A stretch of DNA of 64,000 nt from Chitinophagales bacterium (lineage in GTDB: Bacteria; Bacteroidota; Bacteroidia; Chitinophagales; Saprospiraceae): positions 61,351 to 125,350 of the forward strand of contig JBBRQS010000003.1 of assembly GCA_038226035.1 (NCBI GenBank), in the 5' to 3' direction. Shown piece by piece: positions 41,601 through 49,757 of this stretch (the first letter of the stretch is position 1; each line of letters starts with the position of its first letter). Position numbers and translations under genes: made by a program. The notes beneath the pieces are model-generated. The model worked only from the letters and a program-made list of their open reading frames with translations. It was not told the DNA's origin and did no database searches.

Positions 41601-41761
41601 AATTCCTGCATCGCCGGACTGTACACGCCTTTGTCGTAAAAATCCATTCCGCGCTTGTAGGCAACGTTGGCTTCGGTATAAATAGTCGTTTCCTGAGCGC
41701 GAACAGCACTCACCGCAAAAAATAAAAAGATTGTAAAAAAAACAGGGAATTTGGAAATCAT
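38621..41761 (-). CDS. large tetratricopeptide-repeat protein, exported
   Basis: Signal peptide and more than 15 TPR-like 34-aa units (A..Y..G..Y....Y..A...F) across 1046 aa. Confidence 0.8.
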   Translation of the reverse strand: MISKFPVFFTIFLFFAVSAVRAQETTIYTEANVAYKRGMDFYDKGVYSPAMQEFTYAINKIRPAAEPEARLLRAQAELYLAKSAVRSGQPNGEQLMLDYIRNYYPDPLAAQGALEMGDFYFNQNKPDKALEFYQSVPTGSLSGDVADELNFKIGYSLFTQKKLPQAKTLFSQVKEKTGSKYYNEANYYYGMCAFFDNNLDEAAKSFQRVQNSKQYAAVVPYNIIQIYAAKKDYSSVINYGLRAIENPKARNIPQINQLIGQAYFEKKDYKYAESYLKTGADGNNFMREEDFYQLGLAQHRNQHYADAAANLENLNRSDNAVGQNAMYLLGDCYLHLGDRNKAKQAFASASRMNFDAGAKEEASWNYAKLCYELKQTQEASDALQAIHTNSKYYNEAQGLLGETLLQTHDFDEAIKVMNNSTQKSPALRVSYQKANVFKGMELYKTGDLNGAKSYFERSLLDAPDINSRGEAEYWLGDIANQQKDYATSTRHLMAFNNIAKSSTTLPSESSVYSANYLLGYDYLKEKDYKTALTYFKNTVTGIRANYDYISSDVVKTQILGDATLRLGDSYFKSNQYDEALRYYDESIQNKYSGFVYALYQKGIIQGLKGNNVEKLITLEKLANNYSTSEYAPFALLETGSTYLNINQLDKAQQSLTQLITNYKNKPDLVVQALLKLGLIAQNKGNPDQAASYYKQVFYNNPSSTDAKSALDRLQDIYVNDLGRPDEYFAFLQTIPGYKADNVTQDSITYRSAEAQYEQANYPKAITGFTNYLSRFPNSPNTVMAYYYRAESFAAQKDYSNALNDYDAASQRGPSKFYEKALEKGAIIAYNSKQDFVKSFDLYSKLDKAATTDDKRFEAELGAMRSAYRLNKPDQVAVYASKVAGNTLATSEQISTANFYLGKIAFDKNSLDEAQSDLQIAISKSTNKDEQYYEALYLEAALEYKKRNLDAALAKADKASQNNPYDNWTARCVILQADIYAEKNDLFSARAALESVISGVKGFPDIVAEAKQKLANLEAKEKVKSRLTKDKPSTSNSLDMEKNDGNN

Positions 41762-41882
41762 GTTTTCCGATTATTGAGTTTTAGTCTTGATGTTTGTTTG
41801 TTAGTTGATTCCTACGTTAGTCAGTCGGTTAAAATTTTCTCAACTAAAAAGTCTCATCAAAAAATAGATTAATTATGGATGA

Positions 41883-41910
41883 AATTAATTGCGAATTGTG
41901 AATTACGAAT
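41883..41910. repeat. heptamer-type array, same family as 38560
   Basis: aattaattgcgaattgtgaattacgaatt. The first 15 nt are identical to 38560-38574. Confidence 0.7.
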
Positions 41911-41914
41911 TGAT

Positions 41915-42007
41915 AAAATAAAAAACGAAAATAAAAAACGAAAATAAAAAACGAAAATAAAAAACGAAAATAAAAAACGAAAATAAAAAACGAAAATAAA
42001 AAAAAAA
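41915..42007. repeat. 13-nt tandem repeat (AAAATAAAAAACG) x6 plus a partial unit
   Basis: Exact period-13 copies counted directly from 41915. Confidence 0.9.
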
Positions 42008-42061
42008 TTTAACATTCGAATCTCAACTTCTTTTTATCTGAAATAAAATAATTATTTAGTT

Positions 42062-42212
42062 TTTGCCGTATCCTTTAGGGCGTGGACATAGTATTAAACA
42101 AATATTTTAGGGCTTTCAGCCCTTTTCAAAGTAATAAGCAGCACGTAAAAAGTGCTTGAGCCCTGAAAAATCTTTTTTTTTCAGTATACCGCGCCCTAAA
42201 GTACACAGCAAA
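42062..42212. mobile_element. palindromic MITE-like element with 24-nt imperfect terminal inverted repeats
   Basis: tttgccgtatcctttagggcgtgg ... ccgcgccctaaagtacacagcaaa, with internal hairpins (gggctttcagccc, agcacgtaaaaagtgct). Confidence 0.5.
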
Positions 42213-42351
42213 TGCAAAACAGTTACAAAATAAAAACGTTAAAATTATTTTTTTATTCCGCAAAGATACGTGAAAAATATTTTTTGAGCTGAACCATCCT
42301 AAAAATTAAACAGAACGATATATAAAGCGTAATAAAAATGTCACAGAAAAT

Positions 42352-42390
42352 AAAACAAAAAAAACAGGGTGCGATAAGATCGACACCCTG
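42352..42390 (-). terminator. orphan rho-independent terminator (minus strand)
   Basis: cagggtg cgataagatcga caccctg preceded on the plus strand by an A-rich run, which is a T-run after the hairpin on the minus strand. There is no annotated gene within 500 nt upstream on that strand. Confidence 0.45.
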
Positions 42391-42850
42391 TATAACCCCA
42401 AAAAACCAAATGAAAACAATCTACATATTAACCCCTAAATGAGGAGATAAAATTCTTTTTACTATTGCTTAAACAACCAAAATTCTTTTATTGTTCAGTG
42501 CTGTTTTTTACTTACGAATATTCAGACGGCATAGTTTTTAAAAGTCACCTACAAGAATGCAAAAATTGAAAAATATTAATCAAAAAAAAATTCAAAATCA
42601 CAACAAAAGGTTTTATTTCTTAAAATGCCAAATAGTTACAATTTTTTTATAAATAACACCCAATTTTCTTGCCAAAATAATTACTGTTTTTTGTAAATTT
42701 TTAAAAATTACGCGCTTCTAACTTTTTCAATCAATTCAACTTATCTTAACAAACAAGAATTCGATATGCCGAATCTTGTTCTGTTTTTCGTTAAACAAAA
42801 TAATTCCTAAAAAGTTTATTACGGCAAGATACAAAACAAATTTGTATTTC

Positions 42851-42892
42851 AAAAAAAAAATCGTTCAACTTAAAAAGTTGAACGATTTTTTT
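42851..42892. terminator. bidirectional terminator after the 570-aa gene
   Basis: aaaaaaaaaatcgttcaac ttaaaaa gttgaacgattttttt. Confidence 0.75.
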
Positions 42893-42929
42893 AAACGCGA
42901 CATAAAAATTCTAAGGAAATCGGCAAAAA

Positions 42930-44642
42930 CTAATCTTCGCCCATAATGGAAATTACTTTCCAGCCCCAGTCCGCTTTTGCTTTATTATAGGATTGCAAAG
43001 CAAGCCCTCTTACGCGCTGACCATCATATAAACGGTATTTTTTCACGATGTCCGGTCCGACATAAATATTACTCGGTTTGAAAAAACCGAAATCGCGACC
43101 GTAAGGTACTTGAATCGTTTCGTCTAAAACTTGACAAATATCTTTAGGAATTTTATCTTTTTCGTAACGTGCGCCTACAACTTTCCAACCTTTCAAATCA
43201 TTTTTCACTTCTTCGCGCAGTTTAAGTGCCAAAATATCGCCGACTTTCACGCGCGACAGTAAACCTTTCACGCCGTGTTTTCCGCCGATTTTTCTGTCTA
43301 CGGCAAAGAAAAACAACCCGCGTTCGGCATCTACGTGCGTAACGATGGCAATTTGTTCGGGTACATCTGCCCATAAAAGTGCGTCGGCACGTCCGGCAAA
43401 ACGGGTATACAACATTTTATTATTGCCCGTAGAGCGGATTAAATCGCTCTTGTACCAATCTTCGTCAGTCAAATCGAACGCATCGTCGCGTTTATTTTTG
43501 GTTTTTTTAATTTTATCTTTTTTATCTCTAGATTTTTCAATCGTTTCTATTTCCGCTTTAGCTTCCGGGTACATCCGTATTTTTGCCAGCAAATGCGCAA
43601 ACGCTTCGCGTACATGAATTGCCAATTCGCCTTGTGTCGGCAACAAAAAGGCTTTGCAATAACTTGCGAGTGCTTCTTGATCCCGATTTTCAATCGCAAA
43701 ACATTCCGCCAAAGATGCCCACGCCCAAAATTGGTTATTTTCCCGTTTCAGTAAATGCACCAACTCCATTTGTACGCGCTGCGTTTTTCCCAATTTCGCC
43801 ATCAAGAGCGAACGGACATAAGGCAGCCATGTATTGCGCGGCAACCTTTCGAAAACGCTTTCCAATTGCGGTAAAAAATCGAGTGCGTATTGTTTAGCTC
43901 TCGATACCGTTTCCGCATCTTTACTGTCCAAAGATTTCATCAATACGCGGCTGTAAGTCAGGAACGCGCGTTCACACAAACTCGGAATAACGGAATTATT
44001 GGAAGTTTTAAACGGTTTGTAATCTTCTTCTCTGAAATGTTCGAAGTTCCAACCGTGCAAGAAATCCAAGAGATGCACACCTTGAACGTCTTTGAAATAA
44101 AGCGCGATGCGCAACATTTGTGCGTGCAGATTACTCGGACCTAAAATTTCAAATCGTTTATAAATATCGAAACATTTGTTCACCAAATCCACATCCGGAT
44201 CGCTTTGCGGTGTCAGTTCGGCGAGCAAACGGTAAAGACACCAACCGACGTTTACATACGCCACTTTGTAATCTTTTATCGTTTTTAAAATTTCTTCATA
44301 AATAGCCAGCGCTTCCAGATTTTTTCCGGATTTACTGAGTTTATTCGCTTCCTGCATCCGCGCAAACTCCGGATGTATACGGCGTTGATATTCTTTAAAA
44401 GCTTCGTGCTGCGGATCTTCTTCCGGCAATTGTAAAGCATAATACTGCCCGTACCATTCGATGGCACCGTCGGAATTACCCGATTCGTGGGCATCTACCA
44501 TTTTGCGATAATAAACTTGCGCTGCAGCCTGCTTGACTTCTACATCTTCGGGTAATTTTTCAAGGGCTTTTTGCACTTTTTTAAGTGCGTCTTCAGTTTT
44601 ACCGGCTTCTAATAGGGTTTGCACTCCTTCTACTGAGTTCAT
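42930..44642 (-). CDS. uncharacterised protein: helical (TPR-like) N-terminal two-thirds, K-rich linker, two OB/cold-shock-like C-terminal modules
   Basis: Long clean ORF. Helical-repeat composition. Linker KSRDKKDKIKKTKNKRDD. C-terminal GLFFFAVD...VKVGDILALKL and GFFKPSNIYVGPDIV...DGQRVRG resemble CSD/S1-like strands. Confidence 0.65.
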   Translation of the reverse strand: MNSVEGVQTLLEAGKTEDALKKVQKALEKLPEDVEVKQAAAQVYYRKMVDAHESGNSDGAIEWYGQYYALQLPEEDPQHEAFKEYQRRIHPEFARMQEANKLSKSGKNLEALAIYEEILKTIKDYKVAYVNVGWCLYRLLAELTPQSDPDVDLVNKCFDIYKRFEILGPSNLHAQMLRIALYFKDVQGVHLLDFLHGWNFEHFREEDYKPFKTSNNSVIPSLCERAFLTYSRVLMKSLDSKDAETVSRAKQYALDFLPQLESVFERLPRNTWLPYVRSLLMAKLGKTQRVQMELVHLLKRENNQFWAWASLAECFAIENRDQEALASYCKAFLLPTQGELAIHVREAFAHLLAKIRMYPEAKAEIETIEKSRDKKDKIKKTKNKRDDAFDLTDEDWYKSDLIRSTGNNKMLYTRFAGRADALLWADVPEQIAIVTHVDAERGLFFFAVDRKIGGKHGVKGLLSRVKVGDILALKLREEVKNDLKGWKVVGARYEKDKIPKDICQVLDETIQVPYGRDFGFFKPSNIYVGPDIVKKYRLYDGQRVRGLALQSYNKAKADWGWKVISIMGED

Positions 44643-45061
44643 AGTTATGCTTAATAATTTAAAATTTGGTATAAAAAAAGCGTTTAATCGTGAGTTAAGT
44701 TAGAAAAAGAAAAAGATCTTTTCCGTAAAAATCAAACGCATTTTCGAGTAAGTTTACTTAATTCAATATTCGGACAAATATAAATCATTCTTTCGGAAAT
44801 AGAAATCTTTTTGCGCTTTGTAATAAAAAAAGTTAAAAAAATTAATATGAGTCTGTGATTTAAATCGAAAATTTAATTTGACGGTGCGCTGTATCTCTAT
44901 TTACAAAGGTCTATAAAATTCGGACAAAGGTTGCATTCAATGTCTATGCATCTTGATTCAATGCTGACTTATACACAATAGAACAAGTTTTTTGACTGAT
45001 AGTTATTTGATTTTTTAAAAAAACATCTACTTTTACCGTTCTGTACAATCAAAACATCAAA

Positions 45062-47098
45062 ATGAAAATTTTGTTAATTACGATTTTTTTTGCCCTTGCA
45101 CACTTTATTATGGATGCTCAGAAAAATTTACCGGTCTATACCGGTACGGATTTAGGCTTGACATATACACCCGAATTTTCTTTCTTCAGAATTTACGCAC
45201 CGAGTGCCGTAAATGTTTCGTTAAACTTCTATAAAAATGGTTTGCCGGATAAAAATACCGCGGCAAATGATCTAATTGAAAAGGTGATAATGGAAAAAGC
45301 AGAAGATGGTACTTGGATTTACCGCGCTGCGGGCAACAGAAAAGGTCAGTTTTATACTTTTCAAGTTACGCAACCCAACAGCATGATAAACGTCGAGGTG
45401 CCGGACCCCTACTCGAAAGCGGTCGGTGTAAATGGTTTGCGCGCTGCCGTAATTGATATGAAAGATACGGAACCGACGGACGTCGGATTTCAAATTTCGG
45501 ATGTCGGAAAAAATCCGGTACCCGAAATTCGAAATCCGACAGATGCTGTGGTATACGAGTTGCACGTGCGCGATGCTTCGATTGCCACTCATTCGGGCAT
45601 AAAAAATAAAGGGAAATTTTTGGGGCTTACTGAAACGCATACAAAAAATATTGCCGGATTGAGTACAGGCTTAGACCATATTAAAGAACTCGGCGTAACA
45701 CATGTGCATTTGTTGCCGTGTTTCGACTATTACACAGTGGATGAAACAAAATGTGCCGACCCTAATTATAAAAAATATAATTGGGGTTACGATCCAATGA
45801 ATTATAATGTGCCCGAAGGTTCGTACTCGACCGATCCGTATGATCCCGTTACGCGCATCAAAGAATTTAAAACGCTGATTCAAGCGATGCACGCCAAAGG
45901 TTTGCGCGTTGTAATGGATGTCGTTTACAATCATACGATGTTTGGAGAAGAATCGAATTTCAATCAAATAGAGCCGCATTATTATTACCGGTTTTTGCCG
46001 GACGGTACGTTTGCTAACGGTTCGGGTTGCAAAAACGAAACGGCTTCGGAAGCACCGATGATGCGGAAATTTATGGTAGAAAGCACGGCGTATTGGGTAA
46101 AAGAATACGGTATTGATGGTTTCCGCTTCGATTTAATGGGTTTGCACGATATAGAAACCATGAATTTAATTTCTAAAACCTTGCACGACATCAAACCCGA
46201 TATTCTTTTATACGGTGAAGGCTGGACGGCAGGTGACACACCGCTTCAATTGGAGCAACGCGCCGTAAAAGCGCACGTACCGCAATTGGATCGCATCGCC
46301 GCTTTTTCCGATGATATGCGCGACGGTATTAAAGGTTCCGTTTTCGACGGACGTGATAAAGGTTTCGCAAGCGGCAAAACAGGTCAGGAAGAAACAATAA
46401 AATTCGGAGTAGTAGCCGCCACTCAGCATCCGCAAGTAGATTATTCGCGCGTTAATTATTCAAAACAATCTTGGGCGACGGAACCGTTTCAGTGTATTAA
46501 TTACGCCGAATGTCACGATAATCATACGCTTTGGGACAGATTACTCAACTCAAATCCGAATGATGATGAACCGACGCGCATAAAAATGCACCTGTTGGCG
46601 CAAACTATTGTACTGACGGCGCAGGGTATTCCGTTTTTACACGCCGGCACCGAATTTTTGCGCACTAAACAAGGTGTTGAAAATTCTTATAATTCGCCCG
46701 ACAGCATCAATGAAATGGATTGGGATAGAAAAACCCGATACTTAAACGTATTTGAATACATCAAACAAATCATTGCTTTGCGCAAAAATCATCCTGCATT
46801 TCGTATGCCTTCAACGGCGATGATCGCCGAAAAATTGATTTTCCGGTCCCCAACCACCGCCGATAATTCCCCCGCAGACAATATTGTGGAGTACACCATC
46901 GGAGAACACGCGAACGGCGATACTTGGAAAAATATTCTCGTCATTTACAACGGTAACAATCGCGATGTGACTTTACAATTACCGGAAGGTAATTGGTGCG
47001 TAAAATTGAACGGTAAAACGGTTGATGAAAAAAATAAAAAAAATATTTCAAAAACCGTCGTCGTACCCGCCATAAGTGCAATGGTTTTGGTAAATTGA
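45062..47098 (+). CDS. pulA: type I pullulanase (GH13)
   Basis: YNWGYDP.NYNVPEGSYSTDP, VVMDVVYNHT, GFRFDLMG, YGEGW and YAECHDN conserved regions. Signal peptide. Confidence 0.9.
   Translation: MKILLITIFFALAHFIMDAQKNLPVYTGTDLGLTYTPEFSFFRIYAPSAVNVSLNFYKNGLPDKNTAANDLIEKVIMEKAEDGTWIYRAAGNRKGQFYTFQVTQPNSMINVEVPDPYSKAVGVNGLRAAVIDMKDTEPTDVGFQISDVGKNPVPEIRNPTDAVVYELHVRDASIATHSGIKNKGKFLGLTETHTKNIAGLSTGLDHIKELGVTHVHLLPCFDYYTVDETKCADPNYKKYNWGYDPMNYNVPEGSYSTDPYDPVTRIKEFKTLIQAMHAKGLRVVMDVVYNHTMFGEESNFNQIEPHYYYRFLPDGTFANGSGCKNETASEAPMMRKFMVESTAYWVKEYGIDGFRFDLMGLHDIETMNLISKTLHDIKPDILLYGEGWTAGDTPLQLEQRAVKAHVPQLDRIAAFSDDMRDGIKGSVFDGRDKGFASGKTGQEETIKFGVVAATQHPQVDYSRVNYSKQSWATEPFQCINYAECHDNHTLWDRLLNSNPNDDEPTRIKMHLLAQTIVLTAQGIPFLHAGTEFLRTKQGVENSYNSPDSINEMDWDRKTRYLNVFEYIKQIIALRKNHPAFRMPSTAMIAEKLIFRSPTTADNSPADNIVEYTIGEHANGDTWKNILVIYNGNNRDVTLQLPEGNWCVKLNGKTVDEKNKKNISKTVVVPAISAMVLVN
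45482..45540. repeat. 59-bp palindromic heptamer-type element lying in frame inside pullulanase
   Basis: gtcggatttcaaatttcgg (45482-45500) pairs with ccgaaattcgaaatccgac (45522-45540) at 18/19. Encodes VGFQISDVGKNPVPEIRNPT. Confidence 0.8.
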
Positions 47099-47190
47099 GG
47101 AAAATACTCTTTTTCTTAAACCAATTCCGGTTGAGTATAATATTGACTGATAATATAAGAAACGTGCATTGCACCGCGCCGTTTGCAGAG

Positions 47191-48219
47191 TTACATATCT
47201 CTTGCCTTCCTACCTTTTCCCAATTTAGCTCCCAAAAAACCGATTTCTTTTTTCAAAATTTTTTGTTCGGCGATCGGTAATTGAATGAAATCGGCACATT
47301 GCAGACAGCAAGTATTTTGGTATCGCGCCGCGCAAGTATCGCACTGAATGAACAATAAATTACAGGCTTCGTTCTCACAATTTTTATGCGTATCGCAAGG
47401 CGCGCCGCATTGATCACATTGCGCCACTATATCATCGGAAATGCGCTCGCTTAAACGTGCATCGAAAACAAAATTAACGCCTTTAAATTTATTAGGCAAG
47501 TTGAGTGCTTTTGTTTCTTTGGTATATTGAATAATACCGCCGTCGAGTTGAAAAACATTTTTAAATCCCTTGTGTTTGAAATACGCACTTGCTTTTTCGC
47601 AACGAATGCCGCCGGTACAGTACATCACGATATTTTTATCTTCCTTCCCTTTCAGTATATCTTCCGCGATTTTTATTTCTTCTCTGAAAGTTTCAGCATC
47701 CGGTCGAATAGCACCTTCAAAATAACCTACTTCCGATTCGTAATGATTGCGCATATCTATCAGTACCGTATCCGTTTTATTTGTCAATGTGTTAAAACCG
47801 GCTGCATTTAAATGTACGCCACTGTCCGCCGCATTGAAAGTATCATCATTCAAACCGTCGGCAACAATTTTTTCTTTTACTTTTATCGCGAGTTTAAAAA
47901 ACGATTTGCCGGTGTCTTCTATCGCCGTATTCAGACGAATATTATCGAGAAAAGAAATTCCGTTTAACGTTTCCCTGAAAAGTTCGACCGAAAAAGTTGG
48001 TACCGAAATTTGCGCATTAATACCTTCGTGCGCCAAATAAACTCTGCCTTTTACGTTTATGGCATCAAGCATCAAATAAAGTGTGTCTCGAAATTGTTCC
48101 GGATTTTCAATGAAACAGTATTTATAAAACGAAATTGTCGTGCGCATTTCCAGGTTGGTATACATTTTTTTTAAAAGCACTTCCCTATTCACGCGGTTTA
48201 TCAACTGTAATTTTTTCAT
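47191..48219 (-). CDS. trhO: rhodanese-domain tRNA U34 hydroxylase (UPF0176/YceA family)
   Basis: ISFYKY N-terminal region, rhodanese active-site loop MYCTGGIRCEKAS, Cys-rich C-terminal tail. The true start may be one of the internal Met codons. Confidence 0.8.
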   Translation of the reverse strand: MKKLQLINRVNREVLLKKMYTNLEMRTTISFYKYCFIENPEQFRDTLYLMLDAINVKGRVYLAHEGINAQISVPTFSVELFRETLNGISFLDNIRLNTAIEDTGKSFFKLAIKVKEKIVADGLNDDTFNAADSGVHLNAAGFNTLTNKTDTVLIDMRNHYESEVGYFEGAIRPDAETFREEIKIAEDILKGKEDKNIVMYCTGGIRCEKASAYFKHKGFKNVFQLDGGIIQYTKETKALNLPNKFKGVNFVFDARLSERISDDIVAQCDQCGAPCDTHKNCENEACNLLFIQCDTCAARYQNTCCLQCADFIQLPIAEQKILKKEIGFLGAKLGKGRKARDM

Positions 48220-48654
48220 TTTTATTTTTTGACCGTTTGCGGGACGGTTATTTAAAACAATGCAAAAATAAGAATTTATACCGAACGCGGAAGCAAACCG
48301 TACGGTCAGCCAAAAAAATTCTTACTATCTCAACCTTCGTAAGGTTTTAAACCCTGCGAGGGTTTTATCAATCATTTAACGGAAAGAAAAAATTCCGTAA
48401 ACACGTCATAAAAATGTAAGCCTGAAAAATCAAAGCATCATTTTTTATGAACGGTATATCTTGAGAGCATAAAAATCGTGAAAAAATTTATATTTTTTGG
48501 ATTTCCGGATCAGGTAATTTCTTTGTCTTTAAATTAATTTAAAATATTTTTCCGAAATTTTTTTATTTTCCGTAACGTTTCTAAATTTTTTAACGTCTTG
48601 TATTTGAAAGTAAAATTAAAAAATATTTTTTTATAACTTTTTAATCATTATACA

Positions 48655-49572
48655 ATGAAGTTTTTCTTAAAATTAAGCAGTTTGTTAGCGGGTTTGTTTT
48701 TTGTTACATCTTGTACCAAAAACGATTCGAGTTATGTAACACCCACATTAGCGACAGACCAATTTATTACTACTGCCGTAACCGGCGGTAACGGACAAGG
48801 TGGCGGACACGATTCCGTTTGCGTCATGTTCGACAAAAACGAATTTCCGCGCGGTGCTCATAAAGACTCTATTGCAGTTTCAGCTTTATTGCCGGCGATT
48901 ACAACTTACTTGACGACTACTTATTCGGGCTACACTTTCACGAAAGCATATAAAATCAGTGACAGTACCGGTGTTTTGAAAGGCTATGTAGTAATAATTA
49001 ACTACAACGGAAAACCTGTGGCTTTATCTTTTGATACAACAGGTATATTTCAAAGTGTGTTGGAACAACGCGAACGCGGTGATGTCGGCGGACCGGATGG
49101 TCACGACGGACCTGGCGGTCACGACGGCGGTAGGTTCGGCGATAGAGGACACGACGGACGCGATACGATTTCGTTAACAGCATTATCGGCTTCGGTTAAA
49201 AGTTATTTAAAAGCGACTTATCCGACCGATACATTAGTGAAAGCGTTCAGCGATAATAATAACACGATCGTAATTACGCAAAACAACGGCTTGTATGTCA
49301 ACACGTTTACGGCTGCCGGTGTTTTTGTATCCCGCGTACTCATCACGCACATTCACGGTATTGAAGTCAGCGTAGCACAAACAGCATTACCCGCAAAAAC
49401 TTTGGCGTATTTAACGGCAACTTATCCGAATTATGTATTCACGGCTGCAGAAAGCGTAACGGTTAACGGTGTTTTGCAAGGTTATGAAGTGGTGATAAAT
49501 GCGAACAATACGCGCTATGCTCTTGAATTCGATGCAACGGGCACATTCATGAGTGTTAAAGTAATTCATTAG
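48655..49572 (+). CDS. PepSY-like (BLIP-like, DUF2874-type) repeat lipoprotein
   Basis: Lipobox LFFVTSC. Repeated LP..I..YL...YP.Y.F.....V...G.L.GYEV units. Central GHDG-rich linker. Confidence 0.6.
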   Translation: MKFFLKLSSLLAGLFFVTSCTKNDSSYVTPTLATDQFITTAVTGGNGQGGGHDSVCVMFDKNEFPRGAHKDSIAVSALLPAITTYLTTTYSGYTFTKAYKISDSTGVLKGYVVIINYNGKPVALSFDTTGIFQSVLEQRERGDVGGPDGHDGPGGHDGGRFGDRGHDGRDTISLTALSASVKSYLKATYPTDTLVKAFSDNNNTIVITQNNGLYVNTFTAAGVFVSRVLITHIHGIEVSVAQTALPAKTLAYLTATYPNYVFTAAESVTVNGVLQGYEVVINANNTRYALEFDATGTFMSVKVIH

Positions 49573-49636
49573 TTCCTTTCAAGGAATGAGTTTTAGTAAG
49601 GTATTAATTTTGGACGGCGCAGTGCGTCGTCCAAAA

Positions 49637-49692
49637 TTTTTTTGGGTTAGTTAAATGTAATTTTTTTGGGTTAGTTAAATGTAATTTTTTTG
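49637..49692. repeat. 24-bp direct repeat x2.3 (TTTTTTTGGGTTAGTTAAATGTAA)
   Basis: Two exact copies plus a partial one, directly after the hairpin ttttggacggcgcagtgcgtcgtccaaaa. Confidence 0.85.
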
Positions 49693-49757
49693 TCAATTCG
49701 CGTATTTTCAAAAACATTTTAGGGTCAATTATTTTTTAAGTCGGAAACAATTTTAAT

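Noticed and set aside
41915-42007. Possible CRISPR array (also considered for 62797-62913)
   Set aside because: The units are contiguous 13-mers with no spacers, far shorter than CRISPR repeats. No cas genes are in the window.
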